The notes under the pieces: generated by a model | The model's database searches: none | Told to the model about the DNA's origin: nothing | The model's input: only the letters and a program-made list of their open reading frames with translations | Position numbers and translations under genes: made by a program | Assembly: GCA_002716085.1 (NCBI GenBank) | Contig: PAYZ01000001.1 | Coordinates: 1 to 32,000 of the forward strand | DNA length: 32,000 bases | Direction: 5' to 3' | Source of the DNA: Methanobacteriota archaeon | GTDB taxonomy: Archaea > Thermoplasmatota > Poseidoniia > Poseidoniales > Thalassarchaeaceae | Shown here: piece after piece, positions 15,528 through 24,456 of the stretch | How the letters are laid out: each line of letters starts with the position of its first letter | Numbering within the stretch: the first letter of the stretch is position 1

Positions 15528-15660
15528 ATTAAAATTGCCTTTGCCGATTGTTGAAAGTCCCTAGAAAAATCCAATCGGTTTGCTAACTCTGAAAGACACA
15601 AGTCCACGTCTTGAATCTCCATCCAAACAACAAATATACTCGATCTCCCTACTGGGGCCA

Positions 15661-17817
15661 ATGGAAGGAGATGAAGCCTCTATAGGGACAAACTACGAGA
15701 CTGAAGACTCCGATCCATCAGGGCAAATTGCAGCAGAGATCGATGAAGAAAATGTAGATCGAATCGACATAGAACTAGACCGGATAAGGGAAAGGAGGAT
15801 CAATCCAGAAAGTAGCTTCCTCGTGAACACCATGGTCCCCCGTACTGTTGATGACTACACTCTTGTCTTTGGTTTGATCAGTGGCTTGGTATTCTTCGGA
15901 CTGATTTCTGTTGCTTCTTCTGGTTTGGTTCTGGGTGACTCAATAGCCGTGGACGAGACTCTCTCAGGCACGGTCTTGGATCCTTCTGAGTGCGTGGACA
16001 GGAGGGGGGAGGTCTGGGTCGAGACCTGGATCGAAGGAGATGACCTACTAATCAGAAGCAACAATGTCCCTCCATCATCTTCTGCAATTATTGTTTTTGT
16101 CTCGAATGGGTCTTCAATTCCTCCTGAAATAGAGGCCCAATCTGAAACAGAAATCGACTTGATCATAGGGGGTCTTGGAAATCTAGACTTGGAACTTAGT
16201 AAGGAAGAATTGGCTGATGGAGATTATTGGATTCAAATCGTTGTATTCTATTTGGAAAATAGCTCAGATGACTGGTCAATAGCCCCCATTGAGGAAATCT
16301 ACGAGAAACTTAACGAATCTCTGAACCAGGATGGCTGGCCCGGAGTAACGGTCAAGGAATTAGAGATTGAGTTGCACACCACCGACTCATCCTTCTTCGG
16401 ATCAGGTGAAACTCATAGGAAGATGGAGAAGTTCGACGAGGATCCTAGGACCTGCTTCACCATTCAGAAGATGGGCGCTTGGGGATGGTGGCTAATGGCA
16501 GCAGAATGGATAGGGGGAAGGGAAACCGCTATGCTTACTGGTGGAAGTGCAGAAGTTCCACCTTGGTACATGGCAATGGTATCGCTAGGGATGTCAATAT
16601 TCTTCCTCTGCGTCCAATATCCGCTAATGCACAGACTCTACCACCGAGAGACGGATGACCTTCTATCCAGTGATCAAATGAGAAGATTGATCCAAAGGAC
16701 AGTTGAATCAGCAAGTAAGAGGCTACACATCAGGCCAGATCTGGAATCAATGAAAGTTCAGGATCGCGCAATCTCGGTAGACGTATATCTGACTTATGCG
16801 AATACCAGGAGGACCATTGTTTCACCCATTGAGACTAAGGGGACTCTCATCAAAGACATTCTTTCCGAGTTCAGGATCTTTGGAGAGATGAGGCCACTAC
16901 AGATAAAGACAGTAAGAACCGACTCAAGCTCAGAGTCAGAAAAGTCTTTTTCTGAGAAGAGCATTCTCTCTGAAAACACGGATGAACTAGAGCTTTCAGA
17001 GGACTATACAGAGTTCTTCTCAAGAATGGGTCAATTCGGTAACTTGGAGGAAGCCTTCCGCGAGTCTATGCTAAGGTGGTTCAAGAAGAACCAGCTCCTA
17101 GACTACGGGTCCGCCATAATGGCAGACGAGGATGCAGTCTTTGTAAGAGTCATATACAGGCCGATAACAAAGTTCGCATACTTCCTCTTTAAGCAAACTT
17201 ATCAACATCTTCAGGGAGATCTTAGGGATCATCTTGGAAGCGATCTCGAACATCTTCTCGAAGGAAGAGAATTGGTCGTAAGCGCTAGAAATGAGAAGTC
17301 AACACTTGCAGACCGAGCAGTAGCTGGAAGGGTTGAGCAGGGCTTCCAGGATCTGACTGGCGAAGCTATGGTGGCGAAAAGAGGGGGAATACCGGGAGCT
17401 CTTCTGCAGAATCCATTCATGGGGGACATTCTCTCATCTGTAGAGTACGTCGCATACAAGAACCGCCCCCGAATAGATAGATACGGGTTCTGGGGGCTAA
17501 TTGTCTTCGTTTGGATCCCATTCATGGCTAGCGGAGTGTTAGTAGGCGCGATGCTAGGATTGGTTGCTAGAATGAGGTTTGAGAGGGTCCTCGCTGCTTG
17601 CTTCATTGGGGGGACTGCGGCATCAATAACGTGGGCCTATACAGCGAAAGGAATCATAGAGTTCATGGAGAAGTACCATGCTGAGGCGCTCATCCCGTTC
17701 GTTATTCTTCTAGCCATAGCATTCACTATGCTGAAAATAAGGGACAATAAGAGGCATCGCAGAGAGGAGCTATTCAGAGATTCCATGGCCTTCTTCGCTG
17801 GAGCCTCAGAGTCATAG
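15661..17817 (+). CDS. Polytopic membrane protein of unknown function. It has an acidic N-terminus, an extracytoplasmic domain, a roughly 270-aa cytoplasmic domain and a C-terminal 3-TM module.
   Basis: The ATG at 15661 is preferred over the TTG at 15580, because a TATA-like AAATATAC (15632-15639) lies about 25 nt upstream of that ATG (a leaderless-style arrangement). TM segments include LVFGLISGLVFFGLISVASSGLVLG, WYMAMVSLGMSIFFLCVQYPL, FWGLIVFVWIPFMASGVLVGAMLGLVA, VLAACFIGGTAASITWAY and LIPFVILLAIAFTML. I do not recognise a confident family. The C-terminal module faintly resembles small COG2426-type membrane proteins. Confidence 0.7.
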   Translation: MEGDEASIGTNYETEDSDPSGQIAAEIDEENVDRIDIELDRIRERRINPESSFLVNTMVPRTVDDYTLVFGLISGLVFFGLISVASSGLVLGDSIAVDETLSGTVLDPSECVDRRGEVWVETWIEGDDLLIRSNNVPPSSSAIIVFVSNGSSIPPEIEAQSETEIDLIIGGLGNLDLELSKEELADGDYWIQIVVFYLENSSDDWSIAPIEEIYEKLNESLNQDGWPGVTVKELEIELHTTDSSFFGSGETHRKMEKFDEDPRTCFTIQKMGAWGWWLMAAEWIGGRETAMLTGGSAEVPPWYMAMVSLGMSIFFLCVQYPLMHRLYHRETDDLLSSDQMRRLIQRTVESASKRLHIRPDLESMKVQDRAISVDVYLTYANTRRTIVSPIETKGTLIKDILSEFRIFGEMRPLQIKTVRTDSSSESEKSFSEKSILSENTDELELSEDYTEFFSRMGQFGNLEEAFRESMLRWFKKNQLLDYGSAIMADEDAVFVRVIYRPITKFAYFLFKQTYQHLQGDLRDHLGSDLEHLLEGRELVVSARNEKSTLADRAVAGRVEQGFQDLTGEAMVAKRGGIPGALLQNPFMGDILSSVEYVAYKNRPRIDRYGFWGLIVFVWIPFMASGVLVGAMLGLVARMRFERVLAACFIGGTAASITWAYTAKGIIEFMEKYHAEALIPFVILLAIAFTMLKIRDNKRHRREELFRDSMAFFAGASES

Positions 17818-17857
17818 TCAGATTGAATACGCATATCTGTTCCCCTGAGTCGATTAT

Positions 17858-18535
17858 ATGGCACTAGTGAGCATCAATGGTTTAGAGAGACATTACGAAA
17901 TGGCTTCAGAGACAGTGAAAGCACTGGATGGAGTCAATCTTGAGATAATGGAAGGGGAGAGAATCATCCTCCTAGGCCCATCTGGGTCGGGCAAAACTAC
18001 GCTACTAAATTGCCTTTCAGCATTGGACAGCCCCACTGCCGGGAATTACACATTCTCTGGGGCCGACGTTCCAAAGGATGACTCCGAGTCCATGACTTCA
18101 TTCAGGAGGGAGAACATTGGTTATGTTTTCCAGTTCTTTAACCTCCTACAGGATCTAACCGTTTTGGAGAACATTCTCCTGATTCAGGAGCTCGCTGGTG
18201 GAAGGGACGAGAATAGGGCTCGAAATCTCCTAGCCCTTGTTGGCCTCGAAAAAGAAGTAGACCGTTTCCCGGCAGAAATCAGCGGTGGACAGCAGCAGAG
18301 GGTTGCTATAGCCAGAAGCCTTGCAAAGAGCCCCAGGCTTCTTCTCGGGGACGAACTGACTGGGAATTTGGACTCCAAAACCTCATCTTTAGTTATGGAA
18401 GTTCTAGTGAGAGCTTGCGAGTCGGAGGGAATAACCTGCGTCTTCGTAACTCACGATGAGACACTGGTTGACTTTGCTACTAGGGTTGTAAGGATTGACA
18501 GCGGTAAAATCATCTCCGACGATCGCGTAGGTTAG
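17858..18535 (+). CDS. ABC transporter ATPase, MacB/LolD/FtsE class.
   Basis: Walker A GPSGSGKTT, Q-loop IGYVFQFFNL, signature ISGGQQQRVAIARSL, Walker B LLLGDELTGNLD, H-loop THD. Confidence 0.92.
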   Translation: MALVSINGLERHYEMASETVKALDGVNLEIMEGERIILLGPSGSGKTTLLNCLSALDSPTAGNYTFSGADVPKDDSESMTSFRRENIGYVFQFFNLLQDLTVLENILLIQELAGGRDENRARNLLALVGLEKEVDRFPAEISGGQQQRVAIARSLAKSPRLLLGDELTGNLDSKTSSLVMEVLVRACESEGITCVFVTHDETLVDFATRVVRIDSGKIISDDRVG

Positions 18536-18543
18536 GTGTCAAA

Positions 18544-21000
18544 ATGCTAGTTCTCCTGACCAAGCGTCTCGCTAGGAGCATGATGCGGTCGAAGGTCAGG
18601 ATCATTGCAGTTGTTTCCATGGTAGCAGTAGCCGTCTTTGCAGGCGTTTCATTTGCTTCCTATGCACACACCGTTTCAGGAATGTACGACAAAATTTACG
18701 AGGACTCGGAACAAGGAGTGAACTTGCCCGACGTTTGGGTTGAGAATCCGAGTGGTACTTGGGACGGACCAACATCAGACTTACTTTGCGAGGAGATTTC
18801 CGAAAAATGGGCAGATTCGGAGTTGACGATGAATGAATGCGAGCCTAGACTAAGGCTTGATGGTACAATGTTTCACACATTCGTCGATAATGGAGCGGCC
18901 GAAGAAAGGATGGTTCCTGCAGTCTGGCATGGGGTTGACGAGGGCGTAGTGGACAGAGTGTGGATCCCTGAAAACGAATGCTGCTCTGGAAGGATTGCCA
19001 ACAGTGCTGACGAGGTAGTCATAGACGTTCGAGTAGCATCAGGTATGGGCATATCTTTGAATGATTCAATCACGATAGGAGCAGGTTCGGGTAGAATGAA
19101 CTTCACCGTAGTAGGAATAGGACTACACTCTAATCATCTGTACTATTCACAGGAGGGATCGATATTCCCCGCCGATCCAGGAACCTTTGCAACTGGATAC
19201 CTCTCTTCAGAGGGTCTAGAGAGGCTTGCAAATCTTGGCGAAGGCTCTTCAAATCTGTTGTTGATAGATGTCTCAGGGACACCAGATTTCGACATTCCAA
19301 GTACAGATGAGGAAGAGGGCCCACAGCTAAAAGCGATTATTCAGAATATAGACGATACTGTTACTCAGGAAGCAAACTCGACAACTTTGGTGTATGACAG
19401 AACTCAAATCACCTCAGTTGAGTTTCTGCGTGCCGATGCCGAGGGAGCAATGACATTCTACACTCCAGTCACGGGGATGATCGCTGCAATTGCGGGCATC
19501 ACGATTTTTCTTAGTCTCCAGAGACTCGTCCAGTCTCAGTCCAGAGAGATTGCCATATTGAGGACCCTAGGAATACCAAGGCGAGAAATAATGCCTGCCT
19601 ACTTCCTAATGCCTCTGGCAATCGGTTCTCTAGGCTCTATTATTGGAGTATTTCTAGGGGTGCTATTCGGGGCTCCCGGGATGATAGATTTCTATGAGGA
19701 TATTCTCGGAATACCGGTCTTGGAATCAATCGATCTTGTCCCCCTAGTGATTCAGATTGTTGGGGTTACGATGATGGTCGTCTTAGTCTCGGGAGTCCTT
19801 CCAGCTATTCAAGCTGCCAGATTACAGCCTTTGGAAGTCCTAAGGGGCCAACACGAGATTAGAATTTCTTCAAGGCGTGTACAGGAAATAACTTCCAATT
19901 TGCCTGCAACAGTCGGCCTAACTATTCGGTCAAGCATAAGGAAGCCTACCAGATTGACCTTCACCTTCTTAGCAGTGGGGCTTTCCATGCTTTTATTCGG
20001 AAGCACAATTCTAATGATGGGCACTATGGAAGAAGTGACAATTGGTAAGATAGAAGAGGACCAGAACTGGGACGTCCAGTCTAGTATTTTACCCGGTGGT
20101 GAGGGGGGAGTAATTGAGTGGGTAGAATCAAAGAATGGGACCTACGAGATAATCATTGATTTCCCAGCAAACCCAGTAAATGACTCAAGAGTGATTTTGG
20201 TAAAAGGTATGGAAACTCTCTCTACTGGTAACGAAGCATTCGTAGTTCTGGATATGAAGAAAGGTAGCATACCTGTGCAAGGGGCAGAAACTATGCAGAT
20301 TCTAATCGATGATGGCCTAAACCACTTTCTTGGATGGGATATTGGGGATAAACCCACACTAGTTTTTGGCTCTTCTTCCGTCGAGGTAGAAGTAGTTGGC
20401 ATCACACAAGGGGAAATTAGCCGAACTGCGTACCTCCACAGATCCGACTTGGCACAAGTTGTAGGCATAGAAGCCACTGCAGTTCTCATAGATCTCCCAG
20501 AAGGGCAGTCGGTAGATAGTGGTCTAGGGGACGTGTCACTTGGAGTTGTAGAGAAGGAAGACTTGATTTCCTCCTATGAGTTAATTTTGGAACAACAGCA
20601 GTCCTTCCTAGGAGCCATCCTGTTCCTTGGAATCCTGATTGCTATAGTCGTCCTTTTCAACACGTTGATTATCAACCTCTCAGAAAGAGACAGGGAGATA
20701 GCAACATTGAGGGTTCTAGGGGCACCAATGAATAGGCTGGGTTGGATGATGTTTGGAGAACATCTGGCAATAGGGCTGATAGGGGGGGCCCTTGCATTCT
20801 TATTCACTCTTGGAGGTACGCAGGCAATGGTCTCCACATTCATCCAGTGGTCGTTTTTCTTTAGGATATCTGCTGATCCCGGAGTTGCAATTCTGCTCAT
20901 AGGGATTGTGGTATTAATTTCCGTCGCCCTGACCCCATACGGAATGAGGCGCATAAAGAACATGGACCTTGTCGAGAAGGTCAAAGACCTGTCACAGTAG
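18544..21000 (+). CDS. FtsX/MacB-type ABC transporter permease with a duplicated architecture (two extracytoplasmic domains, two FtsX 3-TM modules).
   Basis: The layout is an N-terminal TM, a roughly 250-aa external domain and three TMs ending in LPAIQAARLQPLEVLR, followed by a second TM, a roughly 190-aa external domain and three TMs (ERDREIATLRVLGAP...). It starts 8 nt after the ATPase stop. Confidence 0.88.
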   Translation: MLVLLTKRLARSMMRSKVRIIAVVSMVAVAVFAGVSFASYAHTVSGMYDKIYEDSEQGVNLPDVWVENPSGTWDGPTSDLLCEEISEKWADSELTMNECEPRLRLDGTMFHTFVDNGAAEERMVPAVWHGVDEGVVDRVWIPENECCSGRIANSADEVVIDVRVASGMGISLNDSITIGAGSGRMNFTVVGIGLHSNHLYYSQEGSIFPADPGTFATGYLSSEGLERLANLGEGSSNLLLIDVSGTPDFDIPSTDEEEGPQLKAIIQNIDDTVTQEANSTTLVYDRTQITSVEFLRADAEGAMTFYTPVTGMIAAIAGITIFLSLQRLVQSQSREIAILRTLGIPRREIMPAYFLMPLAIGSLGSIIGVFLGVLFGAPGMIDFYEDILGIPVLESIDLVPLVIQIVGVTMMVVLVSGVLPAIQAARLQPLEVLRGQHEIRISSRRVQEITSNLPATVGLTIRSSIRKPTRLTFTFLAVGLSMLLFGSTILMMGTMEEVTIGKIEEDQNWDVQSSILPGGEGGVIEWVESKNGTYEIIIDFPANPVNDSRVILVKGMETLSTGNEAFVVLDMKKGSIPVQGAETMQILIDDGLNHFLGWDIGDKPTLVFGSSSVEVEVVGITQGEISRTAYLHRSDLAQVVGIEATAVLIDLPEGQSVDSGLGDVSLGVVEKEDLISSYELILEQQQSFLGAILFLGILIAIVVLFNTLIINLSERDREIATLRVLGAPMNRLGWMMFGEHLAIGLIGGALAFLFTLGGTQAMVSTFIQWSFFFRISADPGVAILLIGIVVLISVALTPYGMRRIKNMDLVEKVKDLSQ

Positions 21001-21008
21001 GCGAGTGC

Positions 21009-21791
21009 ATGAGGGTGGTAACTTGGAACCTAAACGGTATCCGTGCCGCCCATAGAAAGGGGCTAGATGACTTTATTGAGCGCATAAATGCCGACATCAT
21101 GCTCTTCCAGGAGGTTCGGGCTTTGCCAGAACAGATGCCTAAAGAATGGTCAGAACCAGAAGGCTACGAGGTTATTTGGCATCCAGCTCAGAAGAAGGGA
21201 TATTCCGGAGTTATGTCATGCTCACGAATTGGTATGATTGAGATGGAGAGGGGAATTGAAACCGGTCTTGACGAGACCAGAGACCCTGAGGGCAGGGTTC
21301 TAGTAACAAATCATGGAAATCTAAGTTGCATCAACATGTACCTGCCAAACGGATCATCTGGCCCTGAAAGGCAGCAATACAAGGACCAGTGGCTAGAGGA
21401 CATGCTAGAGTGGAGCAGGAAGTTCGTTGAATCTTCGGAACCTTCTCTGCTTTGTGGAGATCTTAACATTGCCCATACTGAGGATGACATTTGGGATCCA
21501 GTGGGAAACAAGCGCACGTCAGGTTTTCTTGAACACGAGAGGGAGTGGTTCGACAGGATGCTAGAAATTGGATGGAACGACCTGCTCCGAATTCATGTCG
21601 GACAGGTAAAAGGCCCCTATTCGTGGTGGTCCAACTTCCGGAGGGCCAGAGAGAGGGACAGAGGATGGAGGATTGACTACGTCTTAGGAAATCATGCAGC
21701 TACTCCCTTGATGAGGTCGGCAGAAATCATGCGGGAAGGGGGTCTCGTAGTTTCTGATCATGCGCCCGTCATAGTGGACTTAGATCTCTAG
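21009..21791 (+). CDS. xth: Exodeoxyribonuclease III / AP endonuclease.
   Basis: MRVVTWNLNGIRAA, DIMLFQEVR, GYSGV, CINMYLPNG, LLCGDLNIAHTEDDIW, WRIDYVL and SDHAPV are collinear with Xth/ExoIII. Confidence 0.92.
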   Translation: MRVVTWNLNGIRAAHRKGLDDFIERINADIMLFQEVRALPEQMPKEWSEPEGYEVIWHPAQKKGYSGVMSCSRIGMIEMERGIETGLDETRDPEGRVLVTNHGNLSCINMYLPNGSSGPERQQYKDQWLEDMLEWSRKFVESSEPSLLCGDLNIAHTEDDIWDPVGNKRTSGFLEHEREWFDRMLEIGWNDLLRIHVGQVKGPYSWWSNFRRARERDRGWRIDYVLGNHAATPLMRSAEIMREGGLVVSDHAPVIVDLDL

Positions 21792-21867
21792 AATCCACAT
21801 ATTGGGGCCAAATAGTCAAGAATCACGGAAACAAGACCTTTCAAATGAGTGGTGTGGACGACCTGAT

Positions 21868-22662
21868 ATGGCGGATCTCCTTTCTGCTAGGCTAGAAGCT
21901 ATCCTTCCGGGGGGAAAGGGGGTCTGGGTCCCAATGGACCACAGCTCTTCTGCATTTCCAGAGAAAGGATTGGAGGACTCCAACCTTTCTGTAGATGCTG
22001 CTATAGAAGGTGGAGCAGATGCAATTATCCTCCACAAGGGGGCAGTAAGTTACCATTCATCGAGAACTGGGTGGAATAGGTTCGTATGCCATACTTCTGT
22101 TTCCACTTCTCATGGGGGCGCCCGATCTCAGGATAAGGTGGTGGTTGCAACGGTACCCGAGTGTTTGGACAGGGGAGCTATTGGCGTTTCAGCTCAAGTG
22201 AATCTCGGTGATCCGGCTGAGCCAGAAATGATTCAGAGAATGGGGTCGATAACAACCGCTGCTCACAAACTAGACACTCCGGTTCTAGGGATGTTCTACC
22301 CCCGGGGCCCGAATTTATCATTAGATCCGTCAGACACTACTGGAGGGGTCGCCCATGCCGCTAGACTAGCTTGGGAGATCGGCTGCAATGTGGTAAAGGT
22401 TCCATGGACAGGTTCCGAGGACTCATTCAGAATCGTTACTTCTTCGGTTCCAATCCCTGTTCTTCTCTCAGGAGGGCCCAGAAAGACCTCATTCATTGAG
22501 ACTCTAGAAATTGTTGAGAAATCGATTAATGCAGGGGGATCTGGTGTTTGCATAGGAAGGCTTGTTTTCGCATCAGATGACCCCTCTTCTCACATCAGGG
22601 CCCTAAGAGCAATGATCCACGATGGGGCAAATCCAGAAGAAGCCTCTCGGCACCTGGGGTGA
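21868..22662 (+). CDS. aroA': 2-amino-3,7-dideoxy-D-threo-hept-6-ulosonate (ADH) synthase, a class-I aldolase (DhnA/FbaB) family member.
   Basis: Class-I aldolase pattern (VPMDH..., GADAIILHKG, NVVKVPWTG with the Schiff-base Lys, LLSGGP, GSGVCIGR). The assignment as ADHS rather than FBP aldolase rests on its position directly upstream of DHQ synthase II. The ATG at 21868 is preferred to the TTG at 21802. Confidence 0.7.
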   Translation: MADLLSARLEAILPGGKGVWVPMDHSSSAFPEKGLEDSNLSVDAAIEGGADAIILHKGAVSYHSSRTGWNRFVCHTSVSTSHGGARSQDKVVVATVPECLDRGAIGVSAQVNLGDPAEPEMIQRMGSITTAAHKLDTPVLGMFYPRGPNLSLDPSDTTGGVAHAARLAWEIGCNVVKVPWTGSEDSFRIVTSSVPIPVLLSGGPRKTSFIETLEIVEKSINAGGSGVCIGRLVFASDDPSSHIRALRAMIHDGANPEEASRHLG

Positions 22663-22666
22663 AAGA

Positions 22667-23602
22667 ATGCAGATTTGGACAGATTCTCTACCTCAGGGAA
22701 GTCCCGAATACGATGTAGTTAGCAGGGTTTGGACAGGAAAATCTACTGATGTTTCAGAAGTAGAAATTGACGATAAATCGGGCCAATCGGAAGCCATCTC
22801 ATTAATCGGGATGGTTCCTTGGATCCTGGTAAGATGCTCAAATTGGACTATGGTCCCGCTAGAGAATATCGTGGCAGCAGCCAGGGGATCGGGGACAAAG
22901 ATTGCAGCATATATCGACAAGGAGGTCGAGCTGGGAGGTGCCGCTTTCGCTCTTGGAGAAGGGGTGGATGCCGTTCTAGTTCCAAGAAACCTCTTGATTG
23001 AAGCCTCAAGAATTTTCAAAGAGAGGATATGCACTCCAGTGAGAGTCAAGGAGAAAGGAATCTCCGTAGATGAAGCCGAAGTTTTGGCTGTCGAGTCAGT
23101 CGGAATGGGGGAAAGGGCCTGCATCGACCTTACGAGGCAGTTGGAAGACGGTCAAGGCATGGCAATAGGATCAATATCGGGTATGCTGTGTATGATTCAC
23201 GGGGAGACAATTCAATCGGAATTTGTACCCACCAGGCCATTCCGGGTTAACGCTGGTGCCATTCATTCATATGCGCTAATTCCTGATGGAAAGACAAAGT
23301 ATCTGAGTGAGCTGAATTCCGGAGACGAAGTTGCAATTGTTTCCGAAAATGGAGCCGCTGAGAAAGCCACGATTGGAAGGATAAAGATTGAGAATAGGCC
23401 CCTATTAATGGTCAGGTTTTCCATGCAAGGATCCCTTGGTCAGGTCGTACTTCAGCAAGCTGAGACCGTTCGAATAATCTCCCCCGGGGGCAAAATTGAA
23501 TCAGTCACCAATATAGAACCAGGAATGAGAATCTCACTAATTTTAGGAAACAGAGGGAGGCACCTAGGAATTCCTATCGGAGCGGAGGTGACCGAGAAGT
23601 GA
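22667..23602 (+). CDS. aroB': 3-dehydroquinate synthase type II (archaeal).
   Basis: The family call comes from general similarity recognised by eye (…VPLENIVAAARGSGTKI..., GVDAVLV, PFRVNAGAIHSY, GRIKIENRPLLMV) and from operon context. The ATG at 22667 lies 4 nt after the upstream stop and is preceded by GGGGTGA. The product is about 311 aa, which is short for the family. Confidence 0.7.
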   Translation: MQIWTDSLPQGSPEYDVVSRVWTGKSTDVSEVEIDDKSGQSEAISLIGMVPWILVRCSNWTMVPLENIVAAARGSGTKIAAYIDKEVELGGAAFALGEGVDAVLVPRNLLIEASRIFKERICTPVRVKEKGISVDEAEVLAVESVGMGERACIDLTRQLEDGQGMAIGSISGMLCMIHGETIQSEFVPTRPFRVNAGAIHSYALIPDGKTKYLSELNSGDEVAIVSENGAAEKATIGRIKIENRPLLMVRFSMQGSLGQVVLQQAETVRIISPGGKIESVTNIEPGMRISLILGNRGRHLGIPIGAEVTEK

Positions 23603-24456
23603 ACACTCTCGGAAAGGGGAGGGCCAATGGTGCCATCTCTATCCTTCACTCTCTTGGCCTTGGGAGGGGTTGCTCAATCGGAATTGGAATAGAAACTGAA
23701 GTAGCTCTGGTCGATGAGAGGTCAGACATCTCGGCGGATTCCCACAATTTGCTCAACTCCATAGAGGCATGTTGGAGATCAGAGGGCCTACCCTTGCCAG
23801 ATAAGATTGGCTGGAAGGTTACAAGCGACATCCCCATTGGCCAGGGCCTTAAGTCAAGCTCAGCACTCGCCTGCGCAGCTATTCTAGCAATGAACGAGAG
23901 TGCTTGGACAAACCTGTCGGAAAATTCGATTGTAGACTTGGCAGTAAAATCACAGAGATTGGCCAAATGCACAATTACTGGGAGCATGGATGACACTTGG
24001 GCATCAATTTCTCCAGGATGGAAATTGGTCGACCCATCTCTCGATGCTTCATCTTCAGTGATTATTGAGGGTATAATTGATGAGAGTTTTTCAGTACTAA
24101 TTTGCCTAAGAGGAAATAGGAGCTCAGTAGTTTCCAGCAGCCCATTTCTGGAACAGGAACCACTCTTTCAGAGGTCACTAGCATCGATAATGAGGAATTC
24201 GCCCCTAGACTCAATTTCAACAAACGGGATGGCTGTCGCAGTTGCAACGGAAGACTTTGACGCCCTCAGAATATGCAACCTATGCATAGCAAAAGGAGCG
24301 GTAGCTTCTGGAATCAGTGGTTCTGGCCCAGCGATTTCCATAGTTTGTTATGAAGATGACTCAAAGGCACTTGAGGAAGTGATTATCGACATGGGCTTTG
24401 ATGTCATAAAAACCAAATTCTCGACTTCTGAGACTCTAATTGAGGAGGCTTTCTGA
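23599..24456 (+). CDS. aroK: Shikimate kinase, archaeal GHMP-kinase type.
   Basis: GHMP motif IPIGQGLKSSSALACAAILA. The N-terminal GRANGAISILHSLGLGRG is typical of archaeal shikimate kinases. C-terminal SGSGPAI is present. The GTG start overlaps the upstream stop (GTGA at 23599-23602). Confidence 0.8.
   Translation: MNTLGKGRANGAISILHSLGLGRGCSIGIGIETEVALVDERSDISADSHNLLNSIEACWRSEGLPLPDKIGWKVTSDIPIGQGLKSSSALACAAILAMNESAWTNLSENSIVDLAVKSQRLAKCTITGSMDDTWASISPGWKLVDPSLDASSSVIIEGIIDESFSVLICLRGNRSSVVSSSPFLEQEPLFQRSLASIMRNSPLDSISTNGMAVAVATEDFDALRICNLCIAKGAVASGISGSGPAISIVCYEDDSKALEEVIIDMGFDVIKTKFSTSETLIEEAF

Noticed and set aside
15544-15578. A 7-bp inverted repeat, CCGATTG...CAATCGG, with a 21-nt spacer in the divergent control region.
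   Set aside because: The arms are short and the spacer is long, so it is within chance expectation. It is much weaker than the adjacent 10+10 repeat.
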